A stretch of DNA of 64,000 bases from Candidatus Doudnabacteria bacterium (GCA_041389225.1 JAWKSI010000001.1:51821-115820), one strand, 5' to 3'; positions 37,801 to 48,810 are shown, counted from the stretch's first letter. Numbers and translations are program-made. Notes: generated from the sequence alone by a model not told the origin.

Positions 37801-39858
37801 ATGGACCTTAAACTGACAGACAAAGTTACACAAATGCCGGGCGTTGGTCCGGCATTTTCAAAACAGCTCGCCAAACTTAAAGTCAAGACGATCGCAGACT
37901 TATGGTACCACTTTCCTAATCGATATGTTGATTTTAGTAAACAAATTCAAATCGCCGAAGCCCAGAATAATCAGTTAGGAACTTTTATTGGAACAATCTC
38001 TCAATTAACCAAAAGTAGTCGTTTTGGACGCAGAGCCAGCATAGTGAGAGCCAAGCTAACCGACAAAAGCGGCAGTATTGATTTGGTTTGGTTCAACCAA
38101 CCCTATGTTGCAATCATTCTTAAAAATAAAATGAAGATTGCGGTTTCTGGTAAAGTAGGTCAATTTAACTCTCTGCAATTAACTAATCCGCTATTTGAAC
38201 CTGTGCAAAAAGCAGGGACAAAGACCAGTAAGATTATTCCAATTTATCCCTTAACCAAAGGTTTAACCAATCAAAAGCTCGTTAATTTAATTGAGTTGAT
38301 TAAGAACATTCAAATTCCAGATTACTTATCACAAAATCTTCTTAATAAATTTGAGTTGCAAAAACTCTCAGACAGCTTACACAATTTACACTTCCCAAAC
38401 AATTTGGATAACATTCAAGACTCTCAATTTAGAATTGCAGTAGACGATACGTTACCAGAACAACTCGCTGTACTCAAAAATGAACAAGCGATTCAAGAAA
38501 AGCCAGCACTCCAAATTCCTATTCCACTCAAAGAAATCAAATCGTTTATAACAAACCTCCCATTTAACTTAACCAACTCCCAAAAGCGTGCCATTTGGGA
38601 CATTGTTACCGATCTCAATTCTACTACTCCAAGCAATCGCTTATTACAAGGTGACGTATCGAGTGGTAAAACTATGGTCGCGATTTTAGCCAGCTTAGCT
38701 ATAGCCAATCATGGCTCGCAAGTAGCAATCCTTGCGCCAACCGAAATACTAGCAGAACAACACTTTAAAACTTTTAAAGAATTTCTCGCTAAGTACAAAA
38801 TAAACATCACGTTACTCACGCAAAATAATGCCAGTACAGTAACAAAAAATAAATCTCAAGTTTTAAACAAGTCTGATGTTTTGAACCACATCCAGACAGG
38901 TCAAAGCTCTATCGTCATAGGAACTCACGCTTTACTTAAGAATAAAGTTGCCTGGCATAAGTTAAGCCTGGTTATTATAGATGAACAACACCGCTTTGGT
39001 GTAACCCAAAGACGTCAACTCAAAAACTTCTCCGTAGATTCTACACCACACCTATTAACTATGTCCGCAACTCCGATCCCACGCACACTCGCTCTATCAT
39101 TATATGGAAAACTCAAAGTTTCGAGATTATTAGCCATCCCAAATTTACGCAAACCTATTCTGACCAAACTCGCCAATCAAAGCGACAGAGCGTTGGTTTA
39201 TCAACACATCACCAAAGAAATCAAAAACGGCAATCAATGTTTCGTAGTCACTCCCAAAATTAACGAATCAGACGGACAAGTCAAATCTGTCAAAACAGAA
39301 TTCGAACAAATCAAAACTAAGTTCAAACAATTTAGAGTTGGCTTGATACACGGCCAACTCCAAAGCGATCAAAAGTCTCAAGTCATGCAAGACTTCATTG
39401 ACAAAAAATTGGATATTTTGGTAGCAACCACAGTAATTGAAATTGGGATCGACATCCCTGACGCAACTATTATTGTTATCGAAGGGGCCGAAAGGTTTGG
39501 TTTAGCTCAACTCCACCAGCTCAGAGGACGAGTTGGTCGGAGTAATAAACAGAGCTACTGTTATATTTTTTGTTCAAGTGATTTTCCGCAAGAAGTCCCG
39601 CGCTTACAAATTTTTGCCCAAACCCAAGATGGTTTAGCTCTAGCAGAATACGATCTCAAAACTCGAGGCTTTGGTGATCTTTTTGGGCAATCTCAATCTG
39701 GTTTTAACTTCAAATTTCCAGCTTTTATTACTATCAAAGCTCTCCAAACAGCCAGAAAACTTGGCCAAGAAATTCTGGCCTTAGATCCAACTCTCAACAA
39801 CTACCCGTTCCTCAAAAAAACTGTTAATCAATTAAGCAAAACTATCCATCTTGAATAA
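37801..39858 (+). CDS. recG: ATP-dependent DNA helicase RecG
   Basis: Wedge/OB N-terminus. Helicase motifs LQGDVSSGKT, IIDEQHRFG, HQLRGRVGR. 685 aa. Confidence 0.9.
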   Translation: MDLKLTDKVTQMPGVGPAFSKQLAKLKVKTIADLWYHFPNRYVDFSKQIQIAEAQNNQLGTFIGTISQLTKSSRFGRRASIVRAKLTDKSGSIDLVWFNQPYVAIILKNKMKIAVSGKVGQFNSLQLTNPLFEPVQKAGTKTSKIIPIYPLTKGLTNQKLVNLIELIKNIQIPDYLSQNLLNKFELQKLSDSLHNLHFPNNLDNIQDSQFRIAVDDTLPEQLAVLKNEQAIQEKPALQIPIPLKEIKSFITNLPFNLTNSQKRAIWDIVTDLNSTTPSNRLLQGDVSSGKTMVAILASLAIANHGSQVAILAPTEILAEQHFKTFKEFLAKYKINITLLTQNNASTVTKNKSQVLNKSDVLNHIQTGQSSIVIGTHALLKNKVAWHKLSLVIIDEQHRFGVTQRRQLKNFSVDSTPHLLTMSATPIPRTLALSLYGKLKVSRLLAIPNLRKPILTKLANQSDRALVYQHITKEIKNGNQCFVVTPKINESDGQVKSVKTEFEQIKTKFKQFRVGLIHGQLQSDQKSQVMQDFIDKKLDILVATTVIEIGIDIPDATIIVIEGAERFGLAQLHQLRGRVGRSNKQSYCYIFCSSDFPQEVPRLQIFAQTQDGLALAEYDLKTRGFGDLFGQSQSGFNFKFPAFITIKALQTARKLGQEILALDPTLNNYPFLKKTVNQLSKTIHLE

Positions 39859-39992
39859 CAAAAAAGCATGGTTGAGACCGTAATTTGACACAACCCTAAT
39901 TTGATGATATAAAAATAAAGTATCCTAGCAACATCGGGGTACGCGTCGTCCCGACGGCGTTGAAAAAACAAAAAAAGAGGAATGTATGAACT

Positions 39993-40202
39993 ATGAACAT
40001 CAAAAAAATTATGGAGGAAGAACGCCAGAAAAGCCGGAGAGTAAGAAGAGTATCATCTTACGATCGAGGTGCTCGAGTAGATAGCACTGAAATTGAAAAA
40101 ACACCTGGATCAGATGTCTTTATCAATTACGGCGATTACTGGAGTAGGCTGAACACCTACATACAAACTAAGCACGCGCGTTCAAGGTCAGCAAACGCTT
40201 AA
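39993..40202 (+). CDS. hypothetical small basic protein (69 aa)
   Basis: ORF with an AGAGGA-like RBS. An intrinsic terminator follows. Confidence 0.3.
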   Translation: MNIKKIMEEERQKSRRVRRVSSYDRGARVDSTEIEKTPGSDVFINYGDYWSRLNTYIQTKHARSRSANA

Positions 40203-40216
40203 TTTTTCTTCCACCC

Positions 40217-40252
40217 AACGGACCGACCCCCCCAACGGTCCGTTGTTTTTTT
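40217..40252 (+). terminator. intrinsic terminator (aacggaccg ... cggtccgtt plus T8)
   Basis: Read from the sequence. The T-run overlaps the radA stop codon on the other strand. Confidence 0.6.
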
Positions 40253-41546
40253 ATTTTAAATCCAAAGTTTTTATAGACTTAGCCACTACCTGTTTGCTAA
40301 AACCAAGTTTCTTAGCTTCTTTGAGGCGTTTATCTTTTTGCGAAACTTGTCTAATTTCTCCCAAAAGACCAACCTCTCCAAAAGAAATCGTACCTTTAGG
40401 AAACGCTTTACCATAATAAGATGACAAAATCGCCATTACCACAGGAAGATCAGCAGCACGCTCAGTAATTTTGAAGCCACCTGCAACGTTAATGAATACA
40501 TCCTGGTTAGATAAATTGATTCCCAAAGTCTTTTGCATAATTGCAATCAAAAGTTGCAGTCGGTTAACATCAAATCCCGAAGCCACGCGCCGCGGATAAT
40601 TCAAATTTGTCGTGTTGGTCAAAGCTTGGATTTCGACCAACAAAACTTTATTACCTTCGAGCACCGCAGTAACACTGCTCCCAGGCAAGCTTTCAGTTTT
40701 GTGTTCTAAAAACATCGCTGCTGGATTAGCGACCTCGACCAAGCCGATATCTTTCATCTCTAAAACCCCAACCTCACCGATGCTCCCAAAGCGATTTTTG
40801 TTTCCTCGTAATATTCTCAAGTCCCCCAAACGCTCACCTTCTAAATACAACACTGCATCTACCATATGTTCGATTGTCTTTGGTCCAGCTAACATACCTT
40901 CTTTGGTCACATGACCAATTAGCAGAGTTGTAGTATTGGTAGTTTTTGCTAATCTTACCAAACTATTGGTCACAAAGGATAACTGCGAAACTCCACCAAT
41001 CACCCCACCGGCTTGCTCACTACTCATAGTTTGAATCGAATCAATAATCACCATTTGAGGTTTGACTTGCAAAATAACTTGTTCAATTGCTTCAAAGTTA
41101 GTTTCCGAAAAGACCGCAATATCTTGCTTAAGACCTAAGCGTTGATTACGCATTTTGATTTGCTCAGCAGATTCTTCGCCACTCACGTACAGTACCGAAT
41201 GGTTATTTTTTTCTAATAAATTTGCTAATTGCAAAGACAAAGTTGACTTTCCGATTCCTGGATCGCCACCAAGCAAAATCACCGAGCCTGGAACAAACCC
41301 ACCACCAAGAACTAAGTCTACTTCGCCAATTCCGCTCGAAAATCTTGAAACTTGTTTAATATTAACTTGAGAAAGCCTTTGCGGTTGACTACTCAAAAAC
41401 ATAGCTTGAGATTTACTCGCGCTTGTACGCTGTGGGGCAGCCTGCTCTATATAAGTATTCCACTGTTCACAAGCCGAGCATTTGCCTTGCCATTTTGGGC
41501 TAGTTTGACCGCAATTTTGGCAAATAAATATAGTTTTCTTTGACAT
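40251..41546 (-). CDS. radA: DNA repair protein RadA/Sms
   Basis: N-terminal zinc ribbon (CQNCG..CSAC), RecA-like P-loop GDPGIGKSTL, and a Lon-protease-like C-terminal domain. Confidence 0.9.
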   Translation of the reverse strand: MSKKTIFICQNCGQTSPKWQGKCSACEQWNTYIEQAAPQRTSASKSQAMFLSSQPQRLSQVNIKQVSRFSSGIGEVDLVLGGGFVPGSVILLGGDPGIGKSTLSLQLANLLEKNNHSVLYVSGEESAEQIKMRNQRLGLKQDIAVFSETNFEAIEQVILQVKPQMVIIDSIQTMSSEQAGGVIGGVSQLSFVTNSLVRLAKTTNTTTLLIGHVTKEGMLAGPKTIEHMVDAVLYLEGERLGDLRILRGNKNRFGSIGEVGVLEMKDIGLVEVANPAAMFLEHKTESLPGSSVTAVLEGNKVLLVEIQALTNTTNLNYPRRVASGFDVNRLQLLIAIMQKTLGINLSNQDVFINVAGGFKITERAADLPVVMAILSSYYGKAFPKGTISFGEVGLLGEIRQVSQKDKRLKEAKKLGFSKQVVAKSIKTLDLK

Positions 41547-41589
41547 AATCTAATTATAGCGTAATTGCTTCAAGAAAATTTCCACAAAA

Positions 41590-41625
41590 AAAATCCTCGC
41601 TTGTGGTGCGAGGATTTTTGATTTT
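41590..41625. terminator. bidirectional terminator (aatcctcgc..cgaggattt flanked by A-runs and T-runs)
   Basis: Between the radA start region and the end of the 41635..42780 gene. Confidence 0.5.
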
Positions 41626-41634
41626 ATCATTTTT

Positions 41635-42780
41635 TTAATTTCCAGTTTCACTAGAATTTGCAGAAAATAGAAAAATATAATACAAGGCATTATCAGTAGA
41701 ATTTCTAAAGAACAAAACATCTTCGTTTTGGCTCAAAACCATATCTACCGCGCTGATAGTAACTCCTGGCGAGAACTCAGTCCGCTGATTAGTCACAACA
41801 TCAACTTTATAGATCGTCTCTTGACCTGCAGTCAAATCTTGAGCAGCTGCAATGACACTTTGACTATCTTTAGTCCAAACTGCTTTAACATTAGAAGTAT
41901 TAAGACCCAAACTCTTTAACTCCCCAGTGACCAAATTCTTAACCCATAACGTATTCTGTCGAGTTGTTGGATCAAGCTTTGTAAACAAAAACTTATTGCT
42001 ATCAGGACTCCAAGTCACACCAGTATTATATCCGTCGGTGATTACAGAACTAAAGGTTTTACCATCAGGTGTGACGCTGTTGATTTTATTCAAATTAGGA
42101 TTCGCTGTTTGAGTTCGATAAAACAAAATATTTTGGCCATTAGGAGAAATATGAATAACGTTATCAGGTTCGTATAAGTCGGTCAAAATTTGATAATTAT
42201 TTGTATCAGGATCAGCTAAGTTAAGCGTTGTATTTCCTTCCCCGTCAACCCAAGTAAACATAATTTTATCACCAGTTGGCATCCAATCTACGCTCTTAAC
42301 TTGACTTGGTAAATCAACATATAAACCAGAATCAGGATTATAAAAACTCCATGTCTTACTCAAACCTTCGCCGAATTCGACCATATAACTATTGCCAACT
42401 AACGGCCACAAAATCTTCGAAATACCAGATTTTGGAGGAACGGTCACTTCTCTTTTATTACTAAGCAAAACCGTATTATTAGAAATACTATAATCTGTAA
42501 TATATAATTGCCCTGACCGCACCGCATATGATAAGCCGTCACCTCTAAAGGTGAGAATCGGAGAAATCGTATAATCGTCTGTTAATTTAGACGCGCCCGT
42601 AGGCTGAGGTTCTAAATCTGGTTCTTCTACTGGAACTTCGATTTGTGGTTGCTCTACTACAGGGGTAGTATCAGTCTGAGCATTATCATTACTCGAACTT
42701 TTTTGCCAAATAATAAAACCCAAAGTTCCTACAATAAGTAGAAAAATTGCACCCAATATAACGATAGCTCTTCTATTCAC
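41635..42780 (-). CDS. membrane-anchored TolB-like beta-propeller protein (WD40/PD40-like repeats)
   Basis: N-terminal TM. Repeated motifs ...SPDG/SPNG.. (VTWSPDSNKFLF, HISPNGQNILFY). Confidence 0.5.
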   Translation of the reverse strand: MNRRAIVILGAIFLLIVGTLGFIIWQKSSSNDNAQTDTTPVVEQPQIEVPVEEPDLEPQPTGASKLTDDYTISPILTFRGDGLSYAVRSGQLYITDYSISNNTVLLSNKREVTVPPKSGISKILWPLVGNSYMVEFGEGLSKTWSFYNPDSGLYVDLPSQVKSVDWMPTGDKIMFTWVDGEGNTTLNLADPDTNNYQILTDLYEPDNVIHISPNGQNILFYRTQTANPNLNKINSVTPDGKTFSSVITDGYNTGVTWSPDSNKFLFTKLDPTTRQNTLWVKNLVTGELKSLGLNTSNVKAVWTKDSQSVIAAAQDLTAGQETIYKVDVVTNQRTEFSPGVTISAVDMVLSQNEDVLFFRNSTDNALYYIFLFSANSSETGN

Positions 42781-42843
42781 TTTAGTAACCCTTTCTTTTT
42801 GTTTCTTTTGCTTAGAACTTTTACTTTATTATACCACAATTTT

Positions 42844-43896
42844 CTAAAACGATTTAATCCAAGTACACACATCTTGAGTGGTCGAAGCGTATTCTGTTCC
42901 TGTCGCCCAATCCACAACCGATGACACCGCGCCTTGAATCGTCCCTATGACGCCACCACTTCCAAGTCCAGTTGTATCACACACATACCACCATATCGCC
43001 GCAAAAAATATAACCATCATGCTTATTACAAAGAAGTCAAAAATAATCACAAGTGCTTGTTCCCACCATACAAACCCTTGAAACAATGCAACATTTTTGA
43101 ACATCCACCCAGCGATCATATACAAAGTTAAAAACAACATTATAAAAGGTGAGACAATAATTGATATAGGTGAAGACACTACCGCCAGACATAACAGCAA
43201 AACCACAAACATAAAAACTTTTGTAGCCGCACGGGTTGCCAAAAAAGTTGCTCGACTAATGTTACCATCTTTAAGTTCAAAACCCGCCTCTACTGCATCG
43301 TTGACTCCAAGACTAATTGCAATGTTTAAAAAAATAGATACCAAAAATCCCAATCCTAAAGTTTCAACTCCAGTTGCTGCTCCCCCCGCTGTAACAGCTG
43401 CTTGCAAACCTTTGGTGGCTGCTTGAGCCCCAGCTTTAGCTGTCGTTTTTGCTATCTGTTCTGCACCTTTTTTGGCAATTTTCTTCGCGCCTTCTTTTGC
43501 TAATTTACCAGCGCTTTTACTCAAGCCCTTTTGGAACCCTTTTTTAAAAGCTTCATTCCCAATCTTTTTGCCCAAATACTGGCTTGCTTTTTTACGGGCA
43601 ACTCGATTTGCATAGCGCTTAGCAAAATCATGATTACCGTCACCTGATTGATTAGCAAATTTATCAACGCCAAAGTTTTTTCCTAATTTTGTATCACCAA
43701 GCTTATTTAGAACAGTCTGACCTGCACGTTTTTGCGCTGCCTCTTTAGCTTTACGCATTGCTGTATTTTTGAGCTCATCAAAAACTTTGGACGAACGGTT
43801 AGAAGCCGAATCCGGCAAAACACCATTTTGGTTTTGATCTAAAATCGAATCAGCATCCGAACCATAATTATTTTCATCATACAACAACATAACCAA
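42844..43896 (-). CDS. polytopic membrane protein with a Lys/Ala-rich N-terminal region (T4SS-cluster component, unknown role)
   Basis: At least 4 TM helices in the C-terminal half. The gene abuts the VirB4-like gene. Confidence 0.4.
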   Translation of the reverse strand: MVMLLYDENNYGSDADSILDQNQNGVLPDSASNRSSKVFDELKNTAMRKAKEAAQKRAGQTVLNKLGDTKLGKNFGVDKFANQSGDGNHDFAKRYANRVARKKASQYLGKKIGNEAFKKGFQKGLSKSAGKLAKEGAKKIAKKGAEQIAKTTAKAGAQAATKGLQAAVTAGGAATGVETLGLGFLVSIFLNIAISLGVNDAVEAGFELKDGNISRATFLATRAATKVFMFVVLLLCLAVVSSPISIIVSPFIMLFLTLYMIAGWMFKNVALFQGFVWWEQALVIIFDFFVISMMVIFFAAIWWYVCDTTGLGSGGVIGTIQGAVSSVVDWATGTEYASTTQDVCTWIKSF

Positions 43897-45744
43897 CTAT
43901 AATTCGGTTAAATCTTCTTTGCTTTCTTCGATTTCTAATAACTGTTTTGGGTCTGTCGTAATAATTTGATCCTCAACATATGAAGCATAAATTTTGATTG
44001 CTGCGTGTTTAAGCCCGGCAAAGAAAATACCTTCCCCAACGTCACTTTCGAGCAATAAGTATTTTTCACCTTCGGTTAGGAAGAAAGTTTCTTGGACAAT
44101 ATCAATCGCTGCTGGGCTTTGCTTGAGCAACAATTGAATCGAAGAGTTAGTCACAATTGGCTTACCGTAAGGACTAGCCATAAAATCTGCCACGTCTTGA
44201 GTAATGGTCGTCAAGCCAAGGTAATATTTACGTGCTCTTTTTGCAATTCCATAGACAAACCTGGCGCTATCTTCGTGTTGCATCATAATCCAAGCTTCGT
44301 CTAAGACAAGAATGCGTTTTTTGAGTTCGCTTCTGACTACATTCCAAATATGTCCAAGCACAATATACATAGCGATTGGTCTAAGTTGATCTTCCAAATC
44401 ACGAATCGAAAAGACCAGCATTTGGTTATTAAGCTGAACATTAGTTTGGTTATTTAACAAACCGGCAAAAGTTCCTTCTGTAAACTTCCCTAAACGTAAA
44501 GCCAAACCTTCTCCACCAACCATACCTTGCAAAATTTCGATCAGATCTTCCATTACTGGCATTTCAAGGTTTTGGAAATTTGAATTTTCGGTAATATCTT
44601 TTTTAGCATAAGTTTGCCAAATCGCTTTGTCCAAAATTGCTTCTTCGGTTGGATCAAGCTGTCCTAAGACCAACCCCATCAAGCCCATAATATTTATTAC
44701 CGCGGCACGCAAAGTATCGGCCGAATCTTCATCTGCGATTCCAATAGGAAGATCAAACGGATTAATTCTAAAGTCAGAGTTGAGCGAAAGATTAATGTAT
44801 GTTCCGCCAACAGCTTCAGCCAAATGTTGATATTCATTTTCTGGGTCGATAACAATAACATCAATACCAACCATTAACGAACGCAGGATTTCTAATTTTA
44901 CAGCGTACGACTTCCCTGCCCCAGATTTTGCAAAAACGACAAAGTTTGCGTTCTCCATCTGAAAACGATCAAACAAAATTAAACTATTATTATGACGGTT
45001 AACCCCGTACAAAATTCCATCATTCCCAGTAAGGTCAGAAGAGACAAAAGGAAAAGTGCTCGACAAAGGACTAGTGTTAAGATTATTTGCCACATCAAGT
45101 TCGTCCAAACCTAACGGCAAAGTCGAATTAAAACCAGGTTCGGTTGCCAGCATCGCGCGTTTTGTCACAACTAATTTAGCTCCTAATGCGCTTTCTAAAA
45201 TTTTAGAATTCTTGTCTAAGTTTTCCAAACTATCTGCGTATAAAGTAAAGTAAAGAGCAAACCGAAAGTAATGCTCAGTTCCTTGTTGCAACTCATCACG
45301 CAACTCTTCGACATCATGATACGCTGTTTCGAGCATTGGATTGCGAGCCAAACCTTTTTCTTGTTCGATGGTGATTTGCGAGCCAATTTCCCCAACTTTG
45401 GATTTTAATTTTTTGAGGACCACCCCAGAATCAATCGGGTAAATAAACATCGAAACATCCATCGCACTTTCGGAGTTGATAATAAAAGACAACCAATTGC
45501 TAGACAAAAATCTAGGATAAGCTAAAACAAAAAAACTACGTCCAAACTTACCATTTAACTCAAAATGGCTTTGGGTAAACTTAAGCGAAGCTGGAGAAAG
45601 CAAATCACGCAAAGTCGTAATACCAGCGCGGTACTCCTTCTCTACTTCGGCCAACTTTTTGTCCGCCGAAACTTCACCTTTGAGATGCTCAAGCTCAGCT
45701 CGCTTTTTATCGATATCAGATTTATTTAAAGAAAATAAAGCCAT
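43897..45744 (-). CDS. VirB4/TrbE-family type IV secretion ATPase (ATPase portion)
   Basis: Walker A FAKSGAGKSYAV, Walker B ILVLDEAW. 615 aa. Confidence 0.75.
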   Translation of the reverse strand: MALFSLNKSDIDKKRAELEHLKGEVSADKKLAEVEKEYRAGITTLRDLLSPASLKFTQSHFELNGKFGRSFFVLAYPRFLSSNWLSFIINSESAMDVSMFIYPIDSGVVLKKLKSKVGEIGSQITIEQEKGLARNPMLETAYHDVEELRDELQQGTEHYFRFALYFTLYADSLENLDKNSKILESALGAKLVVTKRAMLATEPGFNSTLPLGLDELDVANNLNTSPLSSTFPFVSSDLTGNDGILYGVNRHNNSLILFDRFQMENANFVVFAKSGAGKSYAVKLEILRSLMVGIDVIVIDPENEYQHLAEAVGGTYINLSLNSDFRINPFDLPIGIADEDSADTLRAAVINIMGLMGLVLGQLDPTEEAILDKAIWQTYAKKDITENSNFQNLEMPVMEDLIEILQGMVGGEGLALRLGKFTEGTFAGLLNNQTNVQLNNQMLVFSIRDLEDQLRPIAMYIVLGHIWNVVRSELKKRILVLDEAWIMMQHEDSARFVYGIAKRARKYYLGLTTITQDVADFMASPYGKPIVTNSSIQLLLKQSPAAIDIVQETFFLTEGEKYLLLESDVGEGIFFAGLKHAAIKIYASYVEDQIITTDPKQLLEIEESKEDLTEL

Positions 45745-46436
45745 TACTGTTGATTAGCGTTAATGGTAATTTTGGATAATTGTGCAGCATCTATCGTTGG
45801 TCCAGCAGCAAAGTTATACGAGTTATAAACCAATTCGATTAACTGATTGGTATTTAATCTCACCACCCTAAGCCCAATACTACTCAAATTGGATTCTACT
45901 GTAGTTGTACGCTCGTCCAAAACTCTACGGCCTTCGGTTATTTTGGTCTCTCTGTCCGCGATTTGCTTAGACTGTCCAGAACCAAAAATCTTGGCAAATA
46001 ACCCAACCGGATTTGGGTCAATTGGAATATTGTAAGGAACAATCACGTAAAAATTCTTATTCATTACATTAGCAGATTCAACTAAACGATCTACAAAATC
46101 AACATACTCAGCAGTTTGCACTTTGAGCAATTCGTTAGTTTGAGACTGCATCTTTTCTTTGAGCTTGGTTGTATAATCAGAAATTTCCATCTTACGGCTC
46201 TGCATCAAAATTTGAATATGATATTCCAAAGAATTAACAAATCTCTGATAACCGTAAATCAAAGCATTCTGCTCCTCTTCATTTTTGAGATCAAAGTTAG
46301 TGCTCGAAACAGCCAAAACCGAACGAATCCCTCCGTTCTTCATAATCAACATATCATCTCTAATCTCGGATACAGCCAAAAACTGCTGAGTCGGAGAGCC
46401 AAGAATTTTTTTTGTTTTGATTTCTTGATTAGCCAT
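45744..46436 (-). CDS. VirB4 N-terminal-domain-like protein, encoded as a separate ORF overlapping the ATPase start
   Basis: ...FLAVSEIRDDMLIMKNGGIRSVLAVSSTNFDLKNEEEQNALIYGYQRFVNSLEYHIQILMQSRK... resembles the CagE/TrbE/VirB N-domain. The TAATG junction overlaps the downstream ORF. Confidence 0.5.
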   Translation of the reverse strand: MANQEIKTKKILGSPTQQFLAVSEIRDDMLIMKNGGIRSVLAVSSTNFDLKNEEEQNALIYGYQRFVNSLEYHIQILMQSRKMEISDYTTKLKEKMQSQTNELLKVQTAEYVDFVDRLVESANVMNKNFYVIVPYNIPIDPNPVGLFAKIFGSGQSKQIADRETKITEGRRVLDERTTTVESNLSSIGLRVVRLNTNQLIELVYNSYNFAAGPTIDAAQLSKITINANQQ

Positions 46437-46885
46437 TAGTTTGGTTTTTGAGAAATTAAATCTAATAATTTTTTCTGTTCTGCCTGTTGCTGTTCTAATA
46501 CGTAATTAAGTTCTTTGATTTTTACACCTCGTTGGCTTAAGCTCTGATGGTCGGTGTCTTGCTCAGTAATTGTCACTTCCTGGTTAGAGTCGATTGCCAC
46601 CTGTCCTTCTTTGTGAAACACATAAATCTTGGCGCCTAATAAAAATCTAAAAAAATTACCAGCGCTAGAATACAACGGCCGACCATTCATTTTTCCAAAC
46701 GCCAAAACAATTGCAGGCAAACCAGTTAATATTCCAACAACAACAGTCACCAAAACTTGATTGGAAATTGTAAAAATCACGAACGTAAAAACTCCAGCTC
46801 CAAAGACAATCGCAAATTGTTTGAAGGTCATACCTCCAACAATTTTATCTTCAACATCTGTAAATTGTGGTACTGAGAATTGCAT
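46436..46885 (-). CDS. PrgI/VirB3-like small membrane protein
   Basis: PQFTDVEDKIVGGMTFKQFAIVFGAGVFTFVI, a short conserved N-terminus followed by two TM helices. Confidence 0.5.
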   Translation of the reverse strand: MQFSVPQFTDVEDKIVGGMTFKQFAIVFGAGVFTFVIFTISNQVLVTVVVGILTGLPAIVLAFGKMNGRPLYSSAGNFFRFLLGAKIYVFHKEGQVAIDSNQEVTITEQDTDHQSLSQRGVKIKELNYVLEQQQAEQKKLLDLISQKPN

Positions 46886-46916
46886 ATTAATTATAACATT
46901 TAAAAATTAAACTTAT

Positions 46917-48062
46917 TTAACTTCTATTAATTTTGATTTCTTGTAGTAAATCTGCCATCATTGCAAATTGCTCTTCATTAAACCCGGACTGACTTATGTC
47001 ACGGCCTGACAAACTCAATCGTCCATACTCCATATAACCCTTATACAATGCACTTGCTTCCAGGCTATGTAGAATCGCGAAATAACCATTTATATTAATC
47101 AGATCAGATAAGTTACTCTTAATTTTTTGATAATTTCCTAAAGATAAATGCTTTGGTTCTAATTGCAAAACCTCTTCCAAACTAGAAAGTTCTGGCAGAT
47201 CAACATCAGGTGATGCTGGCACTTCCATAGAGGTAGAAGGAGTAGGAACACTGCTTTTTTTACTCGGAGAATCTACTCGCGCATCAGTTAACTTATTAGG
47301 CCAAGCCGCTACACCACCTTCATCACTTGGGGTCGAAGTGAGCTTTTGATTCAAAATCTTAGTCACGTCATCTTGCAAAGAAAATCTTGGATCAACTTGA
47401 GTAGGTTTTGGTATTTTGATTACTGGTCGGTTCTTATTTGTATCTATTTTTTGATCAGGTGCCCGCACTACAGATTTTGGTTTATCAACTTTGGTCTGCG
47501 GAGTGATAGGTCTTGTAGTCTGCACTGGACTATTTTGAGCCGCTTCTTGTGACGCAGGTTGCTTTGTTATTTGCTTGCTGGACGGCGAGCTGTTAATTAC
47601 AGATTGATGAGATTTGGCAATCAATTTATTAAGTTGATTGATATTCTGGCGAGTTACAGGAGTTCTTGCTGGCTTTACAAGTGGAGCTCCAGAAGGACTA
47701 AGAGAAGGACTAGCAGGAACTTGAGTACCAGCACTTGTTTGAGGCAAATGAGCTGCTAGCTCAGATGGCAAATTATTAATATGTTGCAACCCGCCTTGCG
47801 ACGCATCAGGCACAGGCAAATCTGCTGGTGCGTTAGTAATAAGACCAGATTTAGCTTGCTCTTCTTTTTGTCTCAGAGGCTGCTGGTTAACATTGGCCAT
47901 AGGACTTTGAGCCTTTGGTATCAAAATATCTTCCAACTCTTTAACCTGCTTATCATTCATTAATTCAAGCAAAGCTATCCAATCGGTTTTTTCTTGACTG
48001 GAAAGTAACTGACTTGAATTAATCAAAGCGACTAATCGATTGTAATGTTCTTGATTAAGCAT
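46917..48062 (-). CDS. hypothetical Pro/Ser/Gln-rich protein (381 aa)
   Basis: ORF with a low-complexity middle. Lies in the T4SS-like cluster. Confidence 0.4.
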   Translation of the reverse strand: MLNQEHYNRLVALINSSQLLSSQEKTDWIALLELMNDKQVKELEDILIPKAQSPMANVNQQPLRQKEEQAKSGLITNAPADLPVPDASQGGLQHINNLPSELAAHLPQTSAGTQVPASPSLSPSGAPLVKPARTPVTRQNINQLNKLIAKSHQSVINSSPSSKQITKQPASQEAAQNSPVQTTRPITPQTKVDKPKSVVRAPDQKIDTNKNRPVIKIPKPTQVDPRFSLQDDVTKILNQKLTSTPSDEGGVAAWPNKLTDARVDSPSKKSSVPTPSTSMEVPASPDVDLPELSSLEEVLQLEPKHLSLGNYQKIKSNLSDLININGYFAILHSLEASALYKGYMEYGRLSLSGRDISQSGFNEEQFAMMADLLQEIKINRS

Positions 48063-48063
48063 T

Positions 48064-48810
48064 TTATTTTCTGTTTTTGAGTTCTGCTAACTTTTGATCA
48101 ATCATTGCTAACTTAGAAGATAAATTATCAACATTAACTGCTTCTTGGGGTTCTTCTTGTGGCTGACCTGGCTCAAAATCTATACCATATAAATCTTGAT
48201 AAAATTCTGCCCAATCAAAATCTTCAGGAAAATCATTGATATCAATTTCTTCTGGCAACAAATCCGCAAAAGCGGGATTGCTTTGTGCAAAATCTAATAG
48301 CTGAAAAATATTGTTCAAAATTCTCTCTTGACCAGCTGCCAACTTGCGCACCAATTCTGATTTACTGAAATACGAAACCAAATCTATCGCTTCACGCTCA
48401 AGTGGATTAACATTAGAAAAAGCAACGTAATCTTTGATCGCTTCCGAAATAGTCAGACCTTTCTCACTCTCGATGTTTGCTTTAAACAACAGCTGCTCAT
48501 TGTTATCTTCCAAAAGTTTTGCGACCTGGCGACACAACTCTAACATATCCGGAACAAATTCTATTTTTTCACAGTAGTCATTAAAGTTCTGGAATAAATC
48601 AAAATTTTCAATTTTGTAAGCAATCAAAATTGATTCGCTCATCAACCTGATTAGCCTTTCTTGACTCAAGCTTTGCATTCTCACATAGCTCAACATCAAC
48701 CTAAGTTCTCTAGTTAACTTAACTCGGCCTTCTTGTTCGGCCAATAGCAACTTAACCGCTTCCGAAGCATCTTGCGTTGATAAAATTGTTAATAATTCAC
48801 GTTCAGTCAT
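48064..48810 (-). CDS. hypothetical acidic cytoplasmic protein (248 aa)
   Basis: ORF only. Confidence 0.4.
   Translation of the reverse strand: MTERELLTILSTQDASEAVKLLLAEQEGRVKLTRELRLMLSYVRMQSLSQERLIRLMSESILIAYKIENFDLFQNFNDYCEKIEFVPDMLELCRQVAKLLEDNNEQLLFKANIESEKGLTISEAIKDYVAFSNVNPLEREAIDLVSYFSKSELVRKLAAGQERILNNIFQLLDFAQSNPAFADLLPEEIDINDFPEDFDWAEFYQDLYGIDFEPGQPQEEPQEAVNVDNLSSKLAMIDQKLAELKNRK

Noticed and set aside
40217-40252. The terminator hairpin as the radA terminator
   Set aside because: radA is on the minus strand and this hairpin is at its 3' end, but on the minus strand the hairpin is not followed by a U-run (on the plus strand the hairpin is followed by T8). It therefore terminates the plus-strand small ORF. 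The radA stop lies inside the T-run.
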